A stretch of DNA of 64,000 nucleotides from Desulfobacterales bacterium (GCA_040771865.1 JAXGZF010000012.1:1-64000); one strand, 5' to 3'; counted from the stretch's first letter, positions 27,597 to 38,068 are shown. The notes: a model not told the origin generated them from the sequence alone. Numbers and translations: made by a program.

Positions 27597-28988
27597 ATGA
27601 CCCATTATAAAACAAAGATTGACCCGAAAAAATTTACCCCGTATTCCCAGCGCAATATGCATCGAATCGAGCCGCTGAAAAATTTGTCGAAAGATGAGAT
27701 GCTGAATATTAAGGCGGCTGCTGCGGTTTTTCCGTTTCGCGTGAACAATTATGTGATTGAGGAACTGATCGACTGGAACCGGATTCCGAAGGACCCGATT
27801 TATCAGATGACCTTTCCTCAGCCGGGCATGCTCGAACCCGAGGATCTGGACCGAATGAAAAATCTTCTGAGAAAAAAAGCCTCCAAAGCGGCGGCGTTGA
27901 ACGCGGCCAGGGAAATTCAGGCCGGATTGAATCCCCATCCTGCGGGCCAGATGAAATTAAACGTTCCCTCGCTTCACGGGAAAAGGCTCAACGGCATGCA
28001 GCACAAATACGATGAAACCGTACTCTTTTTTCCCAGTCAGGGGCAGACCTGCCACGCCTATTGCACCTACTGCTTCCGGTGGGCGCAATTTGTCGGCGTT
28101 GATTCGCTCCGGTTCGCATCCAGTGAGATCGAGTCTCTGGTGAACTATCTCGAGGCGCATCCGGAAGTCACCGATGTGCTGTTTACCGGCGGGGATCCTT
28201 TGACGATGAGTGCCCGCCTGCTGGAAAGTTACGTAAATCCGCTGCTCAAGGCCCGGCCCGGAGGGCTTAAGACCATCCGGTTCGGTACCAAGTCGCTTGC
28301 TTACTGGCCCTACCGGTTTGTGACCGACAGGGATGCCGACGACCTGATGCGGATTTTAGAAAAGATCGTGCAAAACGGTTTTCACCTGGCCGTCATGGCG
28401 CATTTTTCGCATTTCCGGGAACTGGAAACGCCGGCGGTCGCGGCGGCGCTGCAAAGACTTCGCGGTGCCGGCGCGGTGATCCGATGTCAGGCGCCGCTGA
28501 TCCGGCACGTCAACGACGATTCCGGAATCTGGTCCCGCATGTGGGAGACCGAGGTCAGACTCGGCGCGGTTCCTTATTACATGTTCGTCGAAAGAGACAC
28601 CGGTCCGAAAAACTATTTCGGCGTTCCCCTGGTCAGGGCCCACGAGATTTATACAGAGGCATTTCGCAGGGTGTCCGGTCTGTGCCGAACGGTGCGCGGA
28701 CCTTCCATGTCCGCCACGCCCGGAAAGGTGCTGGTCGACGGAGTGACCCGAATTCACGGGCAGAGGGTTCTGGCGCTGAAGTTTGTCCAGGGCCGGGATT
28801 CAAGATGGGTCAATCGAATCTTTTTTGCGGCCTATGACGAAACAGCCGAATGGCTCGATGAGCTCAGGCCCGCGTTTGAACAGGAAAAATTCTTTTTTGA
28901 AGTTGCGCCGGACATGCGTTTCAGGACCCTGACGCCGCCTGGAAAAATTCGCGGTTCCCATTCAGACCGGTTTTCGGAAGCGGTCTGA
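27597..28988 (+). CDS. KamA family radical SAM protein (lysine 2,3-aminomutase-like)
   Basis: 'HKY..TVL', CxxxCxxC 'CHAYCTYCFR', 'TGGDP', 'PYYMF'. Confidence 0.88.
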   Translation: MTHYKTKIDPKKFTPYSQRNMHRIEPLKNLSKDEMLNIKAAAAVFPFRVNNYVIEELIDWNRIPKDPIYQMTFPQPGMLEPEDLDRMKNLLRKKASKAAALNAAREIQAGLNPHPAGQMKLNVPSLHGKRLNGMQHKYDETVLFFPSQGQTCHAYCTYCFRWAQFVGVDSLRFASSEIESLVNYLEAHPEVTDVLFTGGDPLTMSARLLESYVNPLLKARPGGLKTIRFGTKSLAYWPYRFVTDRDADDLMRILEKIVQNGFHLAVMAHFSHFRELETPAVAAALQRLRGAGAVIRCQAPLIRHVNDDSGIWSRMWETEVRLGAVPYYMFVERDTGPKNYFGVPLVRAHEIYTEAFRRVSGLCRTVRGPSMSATPGKVLVDGVTRIHGQRVLALKFVQGRDSRWVNRIFFAAYDETAEWLDELRPAFEQEKFFFEVAPDMRFRTLTPPGKIRGSHSDRFSEAV

Positions 28989-29045
28989 AGCCATGGGTTG
29001 TCAAGGATGCCGAATTCCGATTGAAGCCGTCCGTTTTTCTTCGAA

Positions 29046-29936
29046 TTACCGGTTCTGAAACGCCCGAATCGTTCCGTTGATCGCGTTTTTAATCTCACGG
29101 GATTTTGAATGGATCATTATGCATCCGTATCTGAGGTTTTTTCCCATCAGGTCCGGATAATGTTTGATGCTGGTTTTCAGCTTCATTCCATTGGATCTCA
29201 CCTTGCAAAAGAGATTGCCCTCCTTGCCGATCACCCGTGTTTCTCCTTTTTTTACCGCATCCAGAAAGGCCCTGCGTGTCGGGGCGCACGCAGCGAAGTT
29301 AACCACCTTGCCGAGCTGATGCAGGGTGTGACCGTCGCTGCCGCCGGTGATCGCCTTGGACAGGTTTAAGCCCAGAACGGCGCACTGCAGATTCCATTTT
29401 TTAAGATTTTCCGAATTGATCGCTTCCACGCCGTCGGCCATGGCAAACAGCTCGCTGCGCCGCTCCATGGAAAACTGCAGGTTGCATACGCCGGTATAGG
29501 CCGCGGAATAAGGGTGGGGAAAGATGATGACGGTCTCGAAACGTCTGGCCCTTTGAATGATTTCTTCCATTTCCAGATCGATCGAGCTCATCAGGTCGGA
29601 CCCCATGTACGGGGCGATGTCCCAGAGATAAAATTTTTCGAGATCCGCGAGCCGGTAAAAGTAGATCAGCAGGTGCGACCCTTCCCGGGCGGTGACCTCG
29701 ATGCCCGGAATGTTGAGAACGTCCGGGTATGCGTCCATCTCAACCGCGCCCTGAATATCGTTGTGGTCGGTCATTGCCACGCCGATGCCGAGTGCGCGCG
29801 CCTGGTCCGCAATCTCTGGTATGGTGTTGGCGCCGTCGGAATGCCGGGAGTGAAAATGCAGATCCACCACCGTGTTGTTCCGGGTCAGTTCGGGAAGATC
29901 GGGTTTTCCAAATTCAATGCGAAAAGAATTGTCCAT
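29046..29936 (-). CDS. PHP domain phosphoesterase
   Basis: 'DLHFHSRHSDG', 'TDHN', 'GIEV', 'HPY', 'GGSDGH'. Confidence 0.88.
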   Translation of the reverse strand: MDNSFRIEFGKPDLPELTRNNTVVDLHFHSRHSDGANTIPEIADQARALGIGVAMTDHNDIQGAVEMDAYPDVLNIPGIEVTAREGSHLLIYFYRLADLEKFYLWDIAPYMGSDLMSSIDLEMEEIIQRARRFETVIIFPHPYSAAYTGVCNLQFSMERRSELFAMADGVEAINSENLKKWNLQCAVLGLNLSKAITGGSDGHTLHQLGKVVNFAACAPTRRAFLDAVKKGETRVIGKEGNLFCKVRSNGMKLKTSIKHYPDLMGKNLRYGCIMIHSKSREIKNAINGTIRAFQNR

Positions 29937-30004
29937 GGATCCTTGTCTGTTCGATTCCCTTCGGCGAATGCATATCAGGGCGCAGGGGGAACTGTTTTTT
30001 AATT

Positions 30005-31546
30005 TTAATCCTTATAAACCTTATTTTTAAAATATTCCAGAATAACCTGACACAATCCCGGAATCGTATAGGATTTTGCGATGATATGAACATCGAATCC
30101 AAGTTCCCGGGCCGTATCGGCGGTGATCGGGCCGATACATGCCACGGCGACTCCCCGCATCAGCTCCTGCCGCCTGTCATCGGGCAGCATCGCGTGGAAA
30201 TTTCTGACGGTCGACGAACTGGTGAAGGTGACCATGTCTACCGTCCCTTCCGTCAACCGGTCCGCCAGCATTTCCGCATTTTCCACAACCGGACGGGTCT
30301 GGTAGACGGGAATTTCATCGACCCGGGCACCCATCTTTTCGAGTTCCAAGGGAAGTACGGGACGCGCCTCGGCCGCCCTGGGAAGCAGAATGCGCTTTCC
30401 GGAAACCGGCTGACCGGCAAAGGCCTCGACCACCGACTCGGCCCGGTAGGTTTTCGGAACAATGTCGGTGTTCAAACCGAAGTCCAGAAGACGCTGGGCA
30501 GTTGCCGGTCCGATGCAGGCCGTTTTTACGGCGCCCAGGGACCGGACGTCTCGGCCGGACGCAAACAGCCGCTGAAAGAAAAAGTGGACGCCGTTGACGC
30601 TGGTGAAGACCAGCCAGGCATATTCGGCCAGATTGTCGAGGGCCGTATCCAGCAAGCTCCAGTCTTCCGGAGGAGCGATCTCGATGGTGGGGCATTCCAG
30701 GCATTCGGCACCCATATTCGAGAGGGATTCGACCAGATCGCTGGCCTGTTCCCGGGCCCGGGTGACAATGATGGTTCTGCCGAACAGGGGGCGGGTTTCG
30801 AACCACTGCATGGTCCGGCGAAGGTTGACCACCTTGCCGACCACGGTAATGGCCGGCGCCTTGAGGCCAGCCTTTCGGACGCGTTCCACGATGTCGGCCA
30901 AAGTTCCGGTAACGGTCTGCTGCTGAAGCGTGGTGCCCCATCGGACCAGGGCCACGGGAGTGCCCGGCGGCATTCCGTTTTCCTGCAGCCGGCCGACGAT
31001 GTTGGGGAGATTCTTGACGCCCATGAGAAAAACGAGCGTGCCGATACCCCTGGCCAGAGATGCCCAGTTGATGCTGGATTTTTCCTTGGCCGGGTTCTCA
31101 TGGCCGGTGATGAATGCCAGGGTGGAGGTGAAATCCCGGTGGGTCAGGGGAATACCGGCATAGGCCGGGGCCGCGATGGCCGACGTGACGCCCGGCACCA
31201 CCTCAAAACCGATGCCGGCTTGAATCAAAGCCTCGGCCTCCTCTCCGCCGCGACCGAATATAAAAGGATCTCCGCCTTTCAGGCGGGTGACGATCCGGCC
31301 GCCCAATGCTTTTTCCACGATCAGGGCGTTGATGCCGTCCTGGGGCAGGGTATGATCGCCCCCTTTTTTCCCCACATAGATCAGTTCGGCGTCCCTGCGG
31401 GCAAATTTCAGCAGGCCGGGCGATGCCAGATAATCATAAATGACCACATCGGCCAGTGCGATGCATTCCCGGCCCTTGACCGTAATGAGCCCCGGATCGC
31501 CGGGACCGGCGCCGACCAGATAAACCTTGCCTTTACTCGTTGTCAT
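30005..31546 (-). CDS. cobA: Bifunctional uroporphyrinogen-III C-methyltransferase / uroporphyrinogen-III synthase (CobA-HemD)
   Basis: 'VYLVGAGPGDPGLIT', 'RLKGGDPFIFGRGGEE', and a HemD half with 'FTSVNGV' and 'FTSSSTV'. Confidence 0.95.
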   Translation of the reverse strand: MTTSKGKVYLVGAGPGDPGLITVKGRECIALADVVIYDYLASPGLLKFARRDAELIYVGKKGGDHTLPQDGINALIVEKALGGRIVTRLKGGDPFIFGRGGEEAEALIQAGIGFEVVPGVTSAIAAPAYAGIPLTHRDFTSTLAFITGHENPAKEKSSINWASLARGIGTLVFLMGVKNLPNIVGRLQENGMPPGTPVALVRWGTTLQQQTVTGTLADIVERVRKAGLKAPAITVVGKVVNLRRTMQWFETRPLFGRTIIVTRAREQASDLVESLSNMGAECLECPTIEIAPPEDWSLLDTALDNLAEYAWLVFTSVNGVHFFFQRLFASGRDVRSLGAVKTACIGPATAQRLLDFGLNTDIVPKTYRAESVVEAFAGQPVSGKRILLPRAAEARPVLPLELEKMGARVDEIPVYQTRPVVENAEMLADRLTEGTVDMVTFTSSSTVRNFHAMLPDDRRQELMRGVAVACIGPITADTARELGFDVHIIAKSYTIPGLCQVILEYFKNKVYKD

Positions 31547-32474
31547 GGTTCATGGCTTTCAGAGTATCCAATAAGGGTTGGGCTCCCATGGACAGCAACT
31601 TTTCTGCAAGTTCGATGCCAAGACTTTCCGATGATTCGGCAGGTCCGGACACCCGGGTCCGGATTACCTGTGCGCCGTCCAGATCCGCGACCATTCCGTG
31701 CAGGAGGAGCGTTCCGTTTTCGATTTTTCCATGTGCGGCAATGGGAACCTGGCATCCCCCTTCCAGACGTCTCAGAAATGCCCGCTCTCCAAGAACCACC
31801 TGCCGCGTTTCCGGATGGTTCAGGGAATGAACCAGAGGCGCCACTCTGGGGTCGTTTTCCCGCATTTCAATGCACAGGGCCCCCTGGCCGACCGCGGGCA
31901 GCATGATGCTTTCATCCAGGTATTCGGTGATCCGGTTTTCAAAATTCAGGCGTTTCACCCCGGCCGCAGCCAGAATGATGGCATCGAGACCGCCGGTTTC
32001 CAGTTTTTTCAGACGGGTGTCAAGATTCCCACGCAAAGTGACGATCGAAACATCCGGACGGATATGCTTGAGCTGGGCCGCGCGTCTTAAACTGCTCGTT
32101 CCGATGCATGCTCCCAGGGGCAGCTCGCTTAAGGTCAGGCCCTCTCCGGAAATTAGTGCATCGCAGGGTGTTTCCCGCTCCGGAACCGCGCCGATGCAAA
32201 GTCCGTCAGGGATTTCGGCCGGCATGTCCTTCATGCTGTGAACGGCCAGGTCGACGTGTTTCTCCAGTATGGCCTGTTCGATCTCCTTGACGAACAGCCC
32301 CTTTCCGCCGACTTTTGCCAGCGGTACATCCAGAATCTTATCTCCCCTGGTTTTGATGATCACCAGTTCGGCGCTCAGGCCGGTATAGATTGCCTCCAGT
32401 CTGGATTTAACCCAGTTGGCCTGCCACAGGGCCAGCTGGCTTCCCCGGGTTCCGATCTTGATATGTGTTTCCAT
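31533..32474 (-). CDS. hemC: Hydroxymethylbilane synthase
   Basis: 'IGTRGSQLALWQ', 'GGKGLFVKE', 'AVHSMKD', 'LRGNLDTRL', 'GGCQVP'. Confidence 0.97.
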   Translation of the reverse strand: METHIKIGTRGSQLALWQANWVKSRLEAIYTGLSAELVIIKTRGDKILDVPLAKVGGKGLFVKEIEQAILEKHVDLAVHSMKDMPAEIPDGLCIGAVPERETPCDALISGEGLTLSELPLGACIGTSSLRRAAQLKHIRPDVSIVTLRGNLDTRLKKLETGGLDAIILAAAGVKRLNFENRITEYLDESIMLPAVGQGALCIEMRENDPRVAPLVHSLNHPETRQVVLGERAFLRRLEGGCQVPIAAHGKIENGTLLLHGMVADLDGAQVIRTRVSGPAESSESLGIELAEKLLSMGAQPLLDTLKAMNHDNE

Positions 32475-32698
32475 CAGTGTTTACAACTCGCACACGTTGA
32501 CGCGCTGCAACCCGCGCAGGCGGATGCAGTCGATTTAACCGTTTGACCGCCTTTTCCCTTGCTGACAAATCCGCATGCAGACATCGTCCGGGTGAGGTCT
32601 CTGCTTTGACATTTCGGACATTCCGGTTCGTAATTCCCCGTGACCAGGCATTCGAAGTCCCTTCCGCATGCATTGCATCGGTATTCATAAATCGGCAT
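32474..32698 (-). CDS. FmdB family zinc-ribbon protein
   Basis: 'MPIYEYRC..CG..FE...CPKC.S' with a Cys-rich tail. Confidence 0.9.
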   Translation of the reverse strand: MPIYEYRCNACGRDFECLVTGNYEPECPKCQSRDLTRTMSACGFVSKGKGGQTVKSTASACAGCSASTCASCKH

Positions 32699-32850
32699 GT
32701 TTCACTCCTTTAACGCCTCTTTTCCTGAAAATAATCCAGATTACCTACACCGAATCGGGCCGGAAGAAAACCCTAAAATGCAGGCCGGCGCGAAGGCCCC
32801 GATGCATCCTGCTGAGCGGAAGGAGATGCTGAACCGATGCCATTGGGTTT

Positions 32851-34188
32851 TCATGAACCAGATATATCCTGGGGCGTTTCTGCCGGCTCGAGGTCCGGAA
32901 TTTTTTTCAGATCGTCCTGACAGTCCCGACCCAGATCGGCGGCGCGCTTCAGGGCATCGCGGGCCTCTTCATAGCGTTGCTGATTCAGGCATACCCGGCC
33001 CAGACGCTCCCAGAAAAGACCGTTTTCCGGTGAAATGCGAACACTTTGCCGGCAGAATAGTGCGGCGATTTCCGGATCCTTGTTCTCTTGGTTTAAAAGC
33101 GCTCCCAGGGCCGACAGGGACTCGGCATCGTTGGGGTTCTTTTTAGCTGCGGTGCGATAGGCGTTCACGGCGGCCTCAAACCTTCCATCCAGAACGCAGG
33201 CTTCCGCCAGATAACGGCTGGCCGGCGCTGAATCGGAGTTTCGCCGCAGGGCCTTTTCGAAACAATCGATGGCTTCTTCGGTTCTTTTCAGCTCCAGGAA
33301 GGTTCGTCCCAGCTGAAAGGCCGTCTCGAACACGCCGTTGCCTAGGCGCTCCGCCAGAAGGAAAAATTCCAGTGATTTTTCATAGGATTTCTGTAAATAA
33401 TGCACCAGGCCGCAGTTGTAAGCGGCCATCATTTCGGCGGCATCCAGGTCAAGGGCGGTACGGAATTCCTCAAGCGCCTTGTCCAGCTCTCCCAGAACCG
33501 CGTAGCAGACGCCCAGGGAATTGTGAACATTGACATTGCCCGGATCCATTGATAGAGCGCGTTTGAATTCGTCAATGGCGCCCTGAATATTTCCGTCCTG
33601 ATAATGCCTGTCTCCGCTGATATTCAGGCTGACCGCATCAAAACATGTCGTGCTGTCCGGGCCGAAAAATTCGGCGTGAAACACGGCCTTGCGCGCATTT
33701 TCCAGTATCTCCATTCCGGAATAGTTCAGGGTCGGGAATTGTGCGATTCCGATGGTGATGGAATGCTGTTTCTGAACGGAAACGGCATTTCGAATGGCTT
33801 TGGCAATTTGTTCACACGTTTTCGGGTTTTTTTTCGGAAAAAAGCATCCGATCCATCCAGGAGCGATTCGGCCGCACAGGCCGTTTTGGGCTTCGCAGAC
33901 GGTTTCCGCTGCTTCGGCCGCCTGCCGGAAGAAATCGACACAGTCTGCCGATTGCGGATCAAAATCATCCACGCGGATTGCCATGGCGCTGAAACGCTTT
34001 ACCTTTCGAAGACGATCCACGGCGGTCTGAGTAAAACACGTATCCAAAGGCATTTCTATGGATTTTCGAGGTTCCGTGCAATCCACGTTAAAAGGCCGGT
34101 ATCCGGACTGCGCTTTTCCGGTTTGAAACAGCAGAAACTGCCCGGCCGCGCCTCGGCTTCCGGACAAACCGCGCTGATTTTCCGTCAT
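32851..34188 (-). CDS. Degenerate GGDEF-like domain plus TPR repeat protein
   Basis: 'AIRVDDF', 'TIGIAQFP', 'ARKAVFHA' suggest a cyclase-like fold without the GGDEF motif, followed by TPRs. ATGA overlap with the selA stop. Confidence 0.75.
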   Translation of the reverse strand: MTENQRGLSGSRGAAGQFLLFQTGKAQSGYRPFNVDCTEPRKSIEMPLDTCFTQTAVDRLRKVKRFSAMAIRVDDFDPQSADCVDFFRQAAEAAETVCEAQNGLCGRIAPGWIGCFFPKKNPKTCEQIAKAIRNAVSVQKQHSITIGIAQFPTLNYSGMEILENARKAVFHAEFFGPDSTTCFDAVSLNISGDRHYQDGNIQGAIDEFKRALSMDPGNVNVHNSLGVCYAVLGELDKALEEFRTALDLDAAEMMAAYNCGLVHYLQKSYEKSLEFFLLAERLGNGVFETAFQLGRTFLELKRTEEAIDCFEKALRRNSDSAPASRYLAEACVLDGRFEAAVNAYRTAAKKNPNDAESLSALGALLNQENKDPEIAALFCRQSVRISPENGLFWERLGRVCLNQQRYEEARDALKRAADLGRDCQDDLKKIPDLEPAETPQDISGS

Positions 34189-35612
34189 GGTTCGTTCCTC
34201 CTCAAAGCCTTTTCCACGGCGTCTCTGATGAGCGCCAGCTCTTCGTCCTGCACGGTTCTCAAATCCATCATCCATATATCCTCCTCGATTCTTCCGATGA
34301 CGGGCGGATTGCCGAGACGCATTCGTTTTTCAAAGGCGTTGACCGGCATTCCCGTGATGCGAATGCCGACGCATCGGCTCGGCAGTTCTTCCAGAGGAAA
34401 GGCGCCGCCGCCAACCCGGGAGGCCCGGTCGCAGAGACTGAGCTGAAGCCTCGAATCGCCGATGGCCTGCAATATTTCGTGAAGTTGTTGTGCACGGGCG
34501 CGGATCGTATCGATCGGGCATGTCAGCATGCGCAGCGTCGGAATCTCGGTTAAGGCCTTGGATTTATTCCGGTACAGTCTCAGGGTGCTTTCCAGTGCCG
34601 CCAGGGTCAGCTTGTCGATGCGAAGGGCCCGGGTCAGCGAATTTTTTTTGATCTCTTCCAGCAGACTTGCCCTGCCTACGATGATGCCCGCCTGGGGGCC
34701 TCCGAGCAGCTTGTCTCCGCTGAAGGTCACCAGGTCTGCGCCGTCGGAGATGGACTGCTGAACCGTGGGTTCGGGTCTCATGCCGTATTTTGAAAAATCG
34801 ATCAGGGTTCCGCTTCCCAGATCTTCCATGACCGGCAGCCGGTATGCCTTGCCCAGCGCCACGAGTTCCTTGAGGGAAACCGAGGCGGTGAAGCCCACTA
34901 CCGCGTAATTGCTGGTATGGACCTTGAGCACCAGGGCGGTTTCACTGTCAATGGCCAGTTCATAATCCTTGAGATGGGTGCGGTTGGTGGTGCCGACCTC
35001 CTTGAGAATGCCCCCGCTTTTGGCCATTACGTCCGGTATTCTGAAAGCGCCGCCGATTTCCACCAGTTCGCCCCGGGAAACGATGACGTTTTTGCCCCTG
35101 GCTAGGGTATCCAGGCACAGAAGCACCGCTCCGGCGTTGTTGTTGACCGCCATGGCGGCTTCGGAGCCGGAAAGCTCGCAAAGAATCTCTTCCACGGCGC
35201 TGTAGCGCGATCCGCGTTTGCCGGAGGAAAGATCGAACTCAAGATTTGAATAATGGGCGGCAACGGTTGCCATATTGGCGACCGCGTCCCGGCACAGCAG
35301 AGAGCGTCCCATATTGGTGTGCAGGACCACTCCGGTGGCGTTGATCGTGCGCACCAGTCTGGGTTTCATGGCCTCATGCGCGATGTTCCGAACGCTTTGA
35401 AGAATGCCTTCGTCGGTGAGATCCGCTTCGGATATCCGCTTCTGACCCGAAAGAATATCGGCCCTGAGGCCGGCGACGGTCTTCCGGCCGCATTGAAGGC
35501 GTACGGAGCGGGGAATATCGCGGAAAAAATCTTCTTTTTCCATCAAATCCAGTATGTGATCGATGCCCGGCAGCCGCTTCAGCAATAAATGATCTTTTTC
35601 ATCGACGCTCAT
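34185..35612 (-). CDS. selA: L-seryl-tRNA(Sec) selenium transferase
   Basis: 'INATGVVLHTNMGR', 'VNNNAGAV', 'SRGELVEIGG.FRIPDV', 'EVGTTNRTH', 'FSGDKLLGGPQAG'. Confidence 0.97.
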   Translation of the reverse strand: MSVDEKDHLLLKRLPGIDHILDLMEKEDFFRDIPRSVRLQCGRKTVAGLRADILSGQKRISEADLTDEGILQSVRNIAHEAMKPRLVRTINATGVVLHTNMGRSLLCRDAVANMATVAAHYSNLEFDLSSGKRGSRYSAVEEILCELSGSEAAMAVNNNAGAVLLCLDTLARGKNVIVSRGELVEIGGAFRIPDVMAKSGGILKEVGTTNRTHLKDYELAIDSETALVLKVHTSNYAVVGFTASVSLKELVALGKAYRLPVMEDLGSGTLIDFSKYGMRPEPTVQQSISDGADLVTFSGDKLLGGPQAGIIVGRASLLEEIKKNSLTRALRIDKLTLAALESTLRLYRNKSKALTEIPTLRMLTCPIDTIRARAQQLHEILQAIGDSRLQLSLCDRASRVGGGAFPLEELPSRCVGIRITGMPVNAFEKRMRLGNPPVIGRIEEDIWMMDLRTVQDEELALIRDAVEKALRRNEP

Positions 35613-35653
35613 AAATTTATCTTTTATCGTTTCAAGCCTTTCGTGAAGCGCTT

Positions 35654-36991
35654 TCAGCGTGTTAACGCCAGCAGTTCTCCGGGTATCAGGTCCACCAGTT
35701 CGGCAAACTTTTCTATATTGCAGCCGATCTTTTCCAGATGCTGTCGAAGATTCTGCGTATCCGCGGGCTGGGTTTTGAGCGTGGGGTCGAATCCTCCGGC
35801 CAGCAAATTGGCCATATGAACGATATTGACCAGTTTGTCGTGGCGTCCGGCAAGCTGCGGGGCGTGATGGCATCGGATCGCTTCCTGAAGCGTTTCTGGA
35901 AGCATCCATGATTTGGCCAGCCAGCTTCCGGCCTCGCAATGATCGATGCCGAAGAGCTCTTTTTCAACCTTCTCGGCCGGCAGCCCTGTTTTATGAATTG
36001 TTCGATAAAAAATTGGATGGCTGGATGCCACGCACTGATCCAGCACCACCTTTCCGATGTCATGGAGCAGTCCAGCGATATAGGCGGTGATGGGATCCGC
36101 CTGACCGGTATGGTGCGCCAGTTCTTCGGAAATGACGGCAACGGCCAGAGCATGATAATACAATCCTCCCTTGCACAGTGAATATCCCTGGCTGGGTGGA
36201 GAGAACTGATCCTCAACGCAGACCGAAATCACAAGCTTGGAAAACTCGTTCCATCCCAGCAGAATAAGTGCCTGAACAATGGATTCAACGGGTGTGTTAT
36301 GGAAAAACAGCGATGAGTTGCACAGTTTTAAGGTTTTTGCGCTCAATACCTGGTCTTTCTGAACCTCCGTGGCCACGGTCCGCAAATCGCAGGCGTCTTC
36401 ACCAAAGTGCCTGAGAATTTTGAGCGCAATCTGAGGAATGGGCCGAAGTGTTTCCATGATCCGAATGATCCGGTCACGAGTGATTATGCAGACGTTTCCC
36501 TGAGCCGGACTTGTTTGAAGAAAAGCCGGTTCGATGCTGCTGTTTCCGTTTTGCATGTTCAGCGTCAGCCGCCGGGTGATATAGCCGCCGGTTTCGGATT
36601 TTTCAACCGGAATTCGGGCGTTTTTGAGAAAGGCGTTTACGGCTTCAACCGTGCGGCCGCCGATATCCAGACGAAGGTCGATTTTATTGACCGGACCGAT
36701 GATGGCGCCGCCCGCGATGCAGGCTTTCAGGCTCTCGGGTTGAATTCCGGCTTTCAAAAAATGGTTCAGCAGAATCGGAAGTCCCGTTGTGGCGTAGCGT
36801 TCGGGCTGGCATTTTCCAGCCGCCTGTGTCGAATCGGGAAGGAGCAGATGGATCATTCCGCTCATTGCGGCTTCCGGAGCATGCAGGGTCACGCCGACGC
36901 AGGTTCCCAGAAGGGCGTACGCCTCAGTCGGCTGGGATTTGTCGACATACAGACTTCCAGCGGCAACATGAAATGAGTTCAGATTCACCAT
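35654..36991 (-). CDS. CheD-HDOD fusion protein
   Basis: N-terminal CheD motifs 'LGTCVGV' and 'HLLLP'; C-terminal HDOD motifs 'DQVLSAKTLKLCNS' and 'AGLLHDIGK'. Confidence 0.85.
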   Translation of the reverse strand: MVNLNSFHVAAGSLYVDKSQPTEAYALLGTCVGVTLHAPEAAMSGMIHLLLPDSTQAAGKCQPERYATTGLPILLNHFLKAGIQPESLKACIAGGAIIGPVNKIDLRLDIGGRTVEAVNAFLKNARIPVEKSETGGYITRRLTLNMQNGNSSIEPAFLQTSPAQGNVCIITRDRIIRIMETLRPIPQIALKILRHFGEDACDLRTVATEVQKDQVLSAKTLKLCNSSLFFHNTPVESIVQALILLGWNEFSKLVISVCVEDQFSPPSQGYSLCKGGLYYHALAVAVISEELAHHTGQADPITAYIAGLLHDIGKVVLDQCVASSHPIFYRTIHKTGLPAEKVEKELFGIDHCEAGSWLAKSWMLPETLQEAIRCHHAPQLAGRHDKLVNIVHMANLLAGGFDPTLKTQPADTQNLRQHLEKIGCNIEKFAELVDLIPGELLALTR

Positions 36992-37315
36992 GATCTTTAT
37001 GAAATACGGCCCGTTAATCAGATTAAAGTATCTTCATAGCATTTTAATTATAAAAATTTCAATAGATTTATAGGCTTGTGGAAGGGGGGGCTAATTTTAG
37101 CCGTTGCGGCTGCACGCCAAAGCCGCGTTAAAATTTTCTTTCCGGACAGGGCGAACTGGGTTATGTAAGGCGCATGAAACGATGATTCCGCCTATCAGGC
37201 GGATCCGGCAAGTTGACCGGTCCGGCCAAGATTTTTGCTGTGTCGTCGATACCGGCCGGCGCCGACAGGAGATTCAAACCGGACGGTTTAATGTTTTATA
37301 CGCACGAGGTGTCAT

Positions 37316-38068
37316 ATGCGACGAGCTTCGGAATATATCGTGTTTCCCCTGGATGTGGCTTCGGCTCGGGAGGCGGAAACCTGGGTCGAGATGCTTTCCC
37401 CCCATGTGGGAATGTTCAAGGTCGGTCTGGAGCTCTTTGTCGAGTCCGGGCCGGAAATTATCAGGATGATTCGAAGAGCCGGTGCGGCCCGGATTTTTCT
37501 GGATTTGAAGCTTCACGACATACCGGTAACGGTTTGCAGAACCATGGAGCGGATTGCGAATCTGGGGGTTGACCTGACGACGGTTCACTGCGGAGAGTCT
37601 CCGGCCATGCTTAAGGCCGCGGTTCAGGGCGGGGCAGGCAAGGTGGGCGTTCTTGGGGTCACGGTTTTAACCAGTGTTTCGGGTTCGGATATCCGTCAGG
37701 CCGGATTTGAACCCGCTTATGCGGACAATATACTTGAACTGGTGATAAAACGGGCCGCCATGGCGCAGACGGCCGGATGCGCAGGCGTGGTCTGCTCGGC
37801 GCTGGAAGTCGGGTCGATCAAGAAGCGCCTTGGGCCGGAATTTATCGCCGTGACGCCGGGTATCCGTCCCTCGTGGCAGGCGGGAGCCGATGATCAGAAG
37901 CGTCTTGCAACGCCCGAAGAGGCCGTTCAGAACGGTTCGGATTATCTGGTGATCGGAAGGCCCATTCGGAATGCCGAAGATCCGGTCAAGGCGGCTGTTC
38001 GAATCGCATCGGAAATTCAGGCCGCATTGCCGGCAACAGGCCGGGTTCAGGGACAAAGCTGCCGGTAA
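37316..38068 (+). CDS. pyrF: Orotidine-5'-phosphate decarboxylase
   Basis: 'FKVGLEL', 'FLDLKLHDIP.TV', 'VTVLTS', 'TPGIRP', 'DQKR'. Confidence 0.96.
   Translation: MRRASEYIVFPLDVASAREAETWVEMLSPHVGMFKVGLELFVESGPEIIRMIRRAGAARIFLDLKLHDIPVTVCRTMERIANLGVDLTTVHCGESPAMLKAAVQGGAGKVGVLGVTVLTSVSGSDIRQAGFEPAYADNILELVIKRAAMAQTAGCAGVVCSALEVGSIKKRLGPEFIAVTPGIRPSWQAGADDQKRLATPEEAVQNGSDYLVIGRPIRNAEDPVKAAVRIASEIQAALPATGRVQGQSCR

Noticed and set aside
29729..31906. 725-aa plus-strand ORF
   Set aside because: Antisense shadow of cobA-hemD/hemC in GC-rich DNA with no recognisable motifs. The same applies to other long shadows such as 13545-14507, 15251-16315, 40213-41178 and 56229-57203.
35613..35939. N-terminal extension of selA (584-aa ORF)
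   Set aside because: It overlaps the CheD-HDOD gene and lacks SelA-like sequence; homology begins near ATG 35612.
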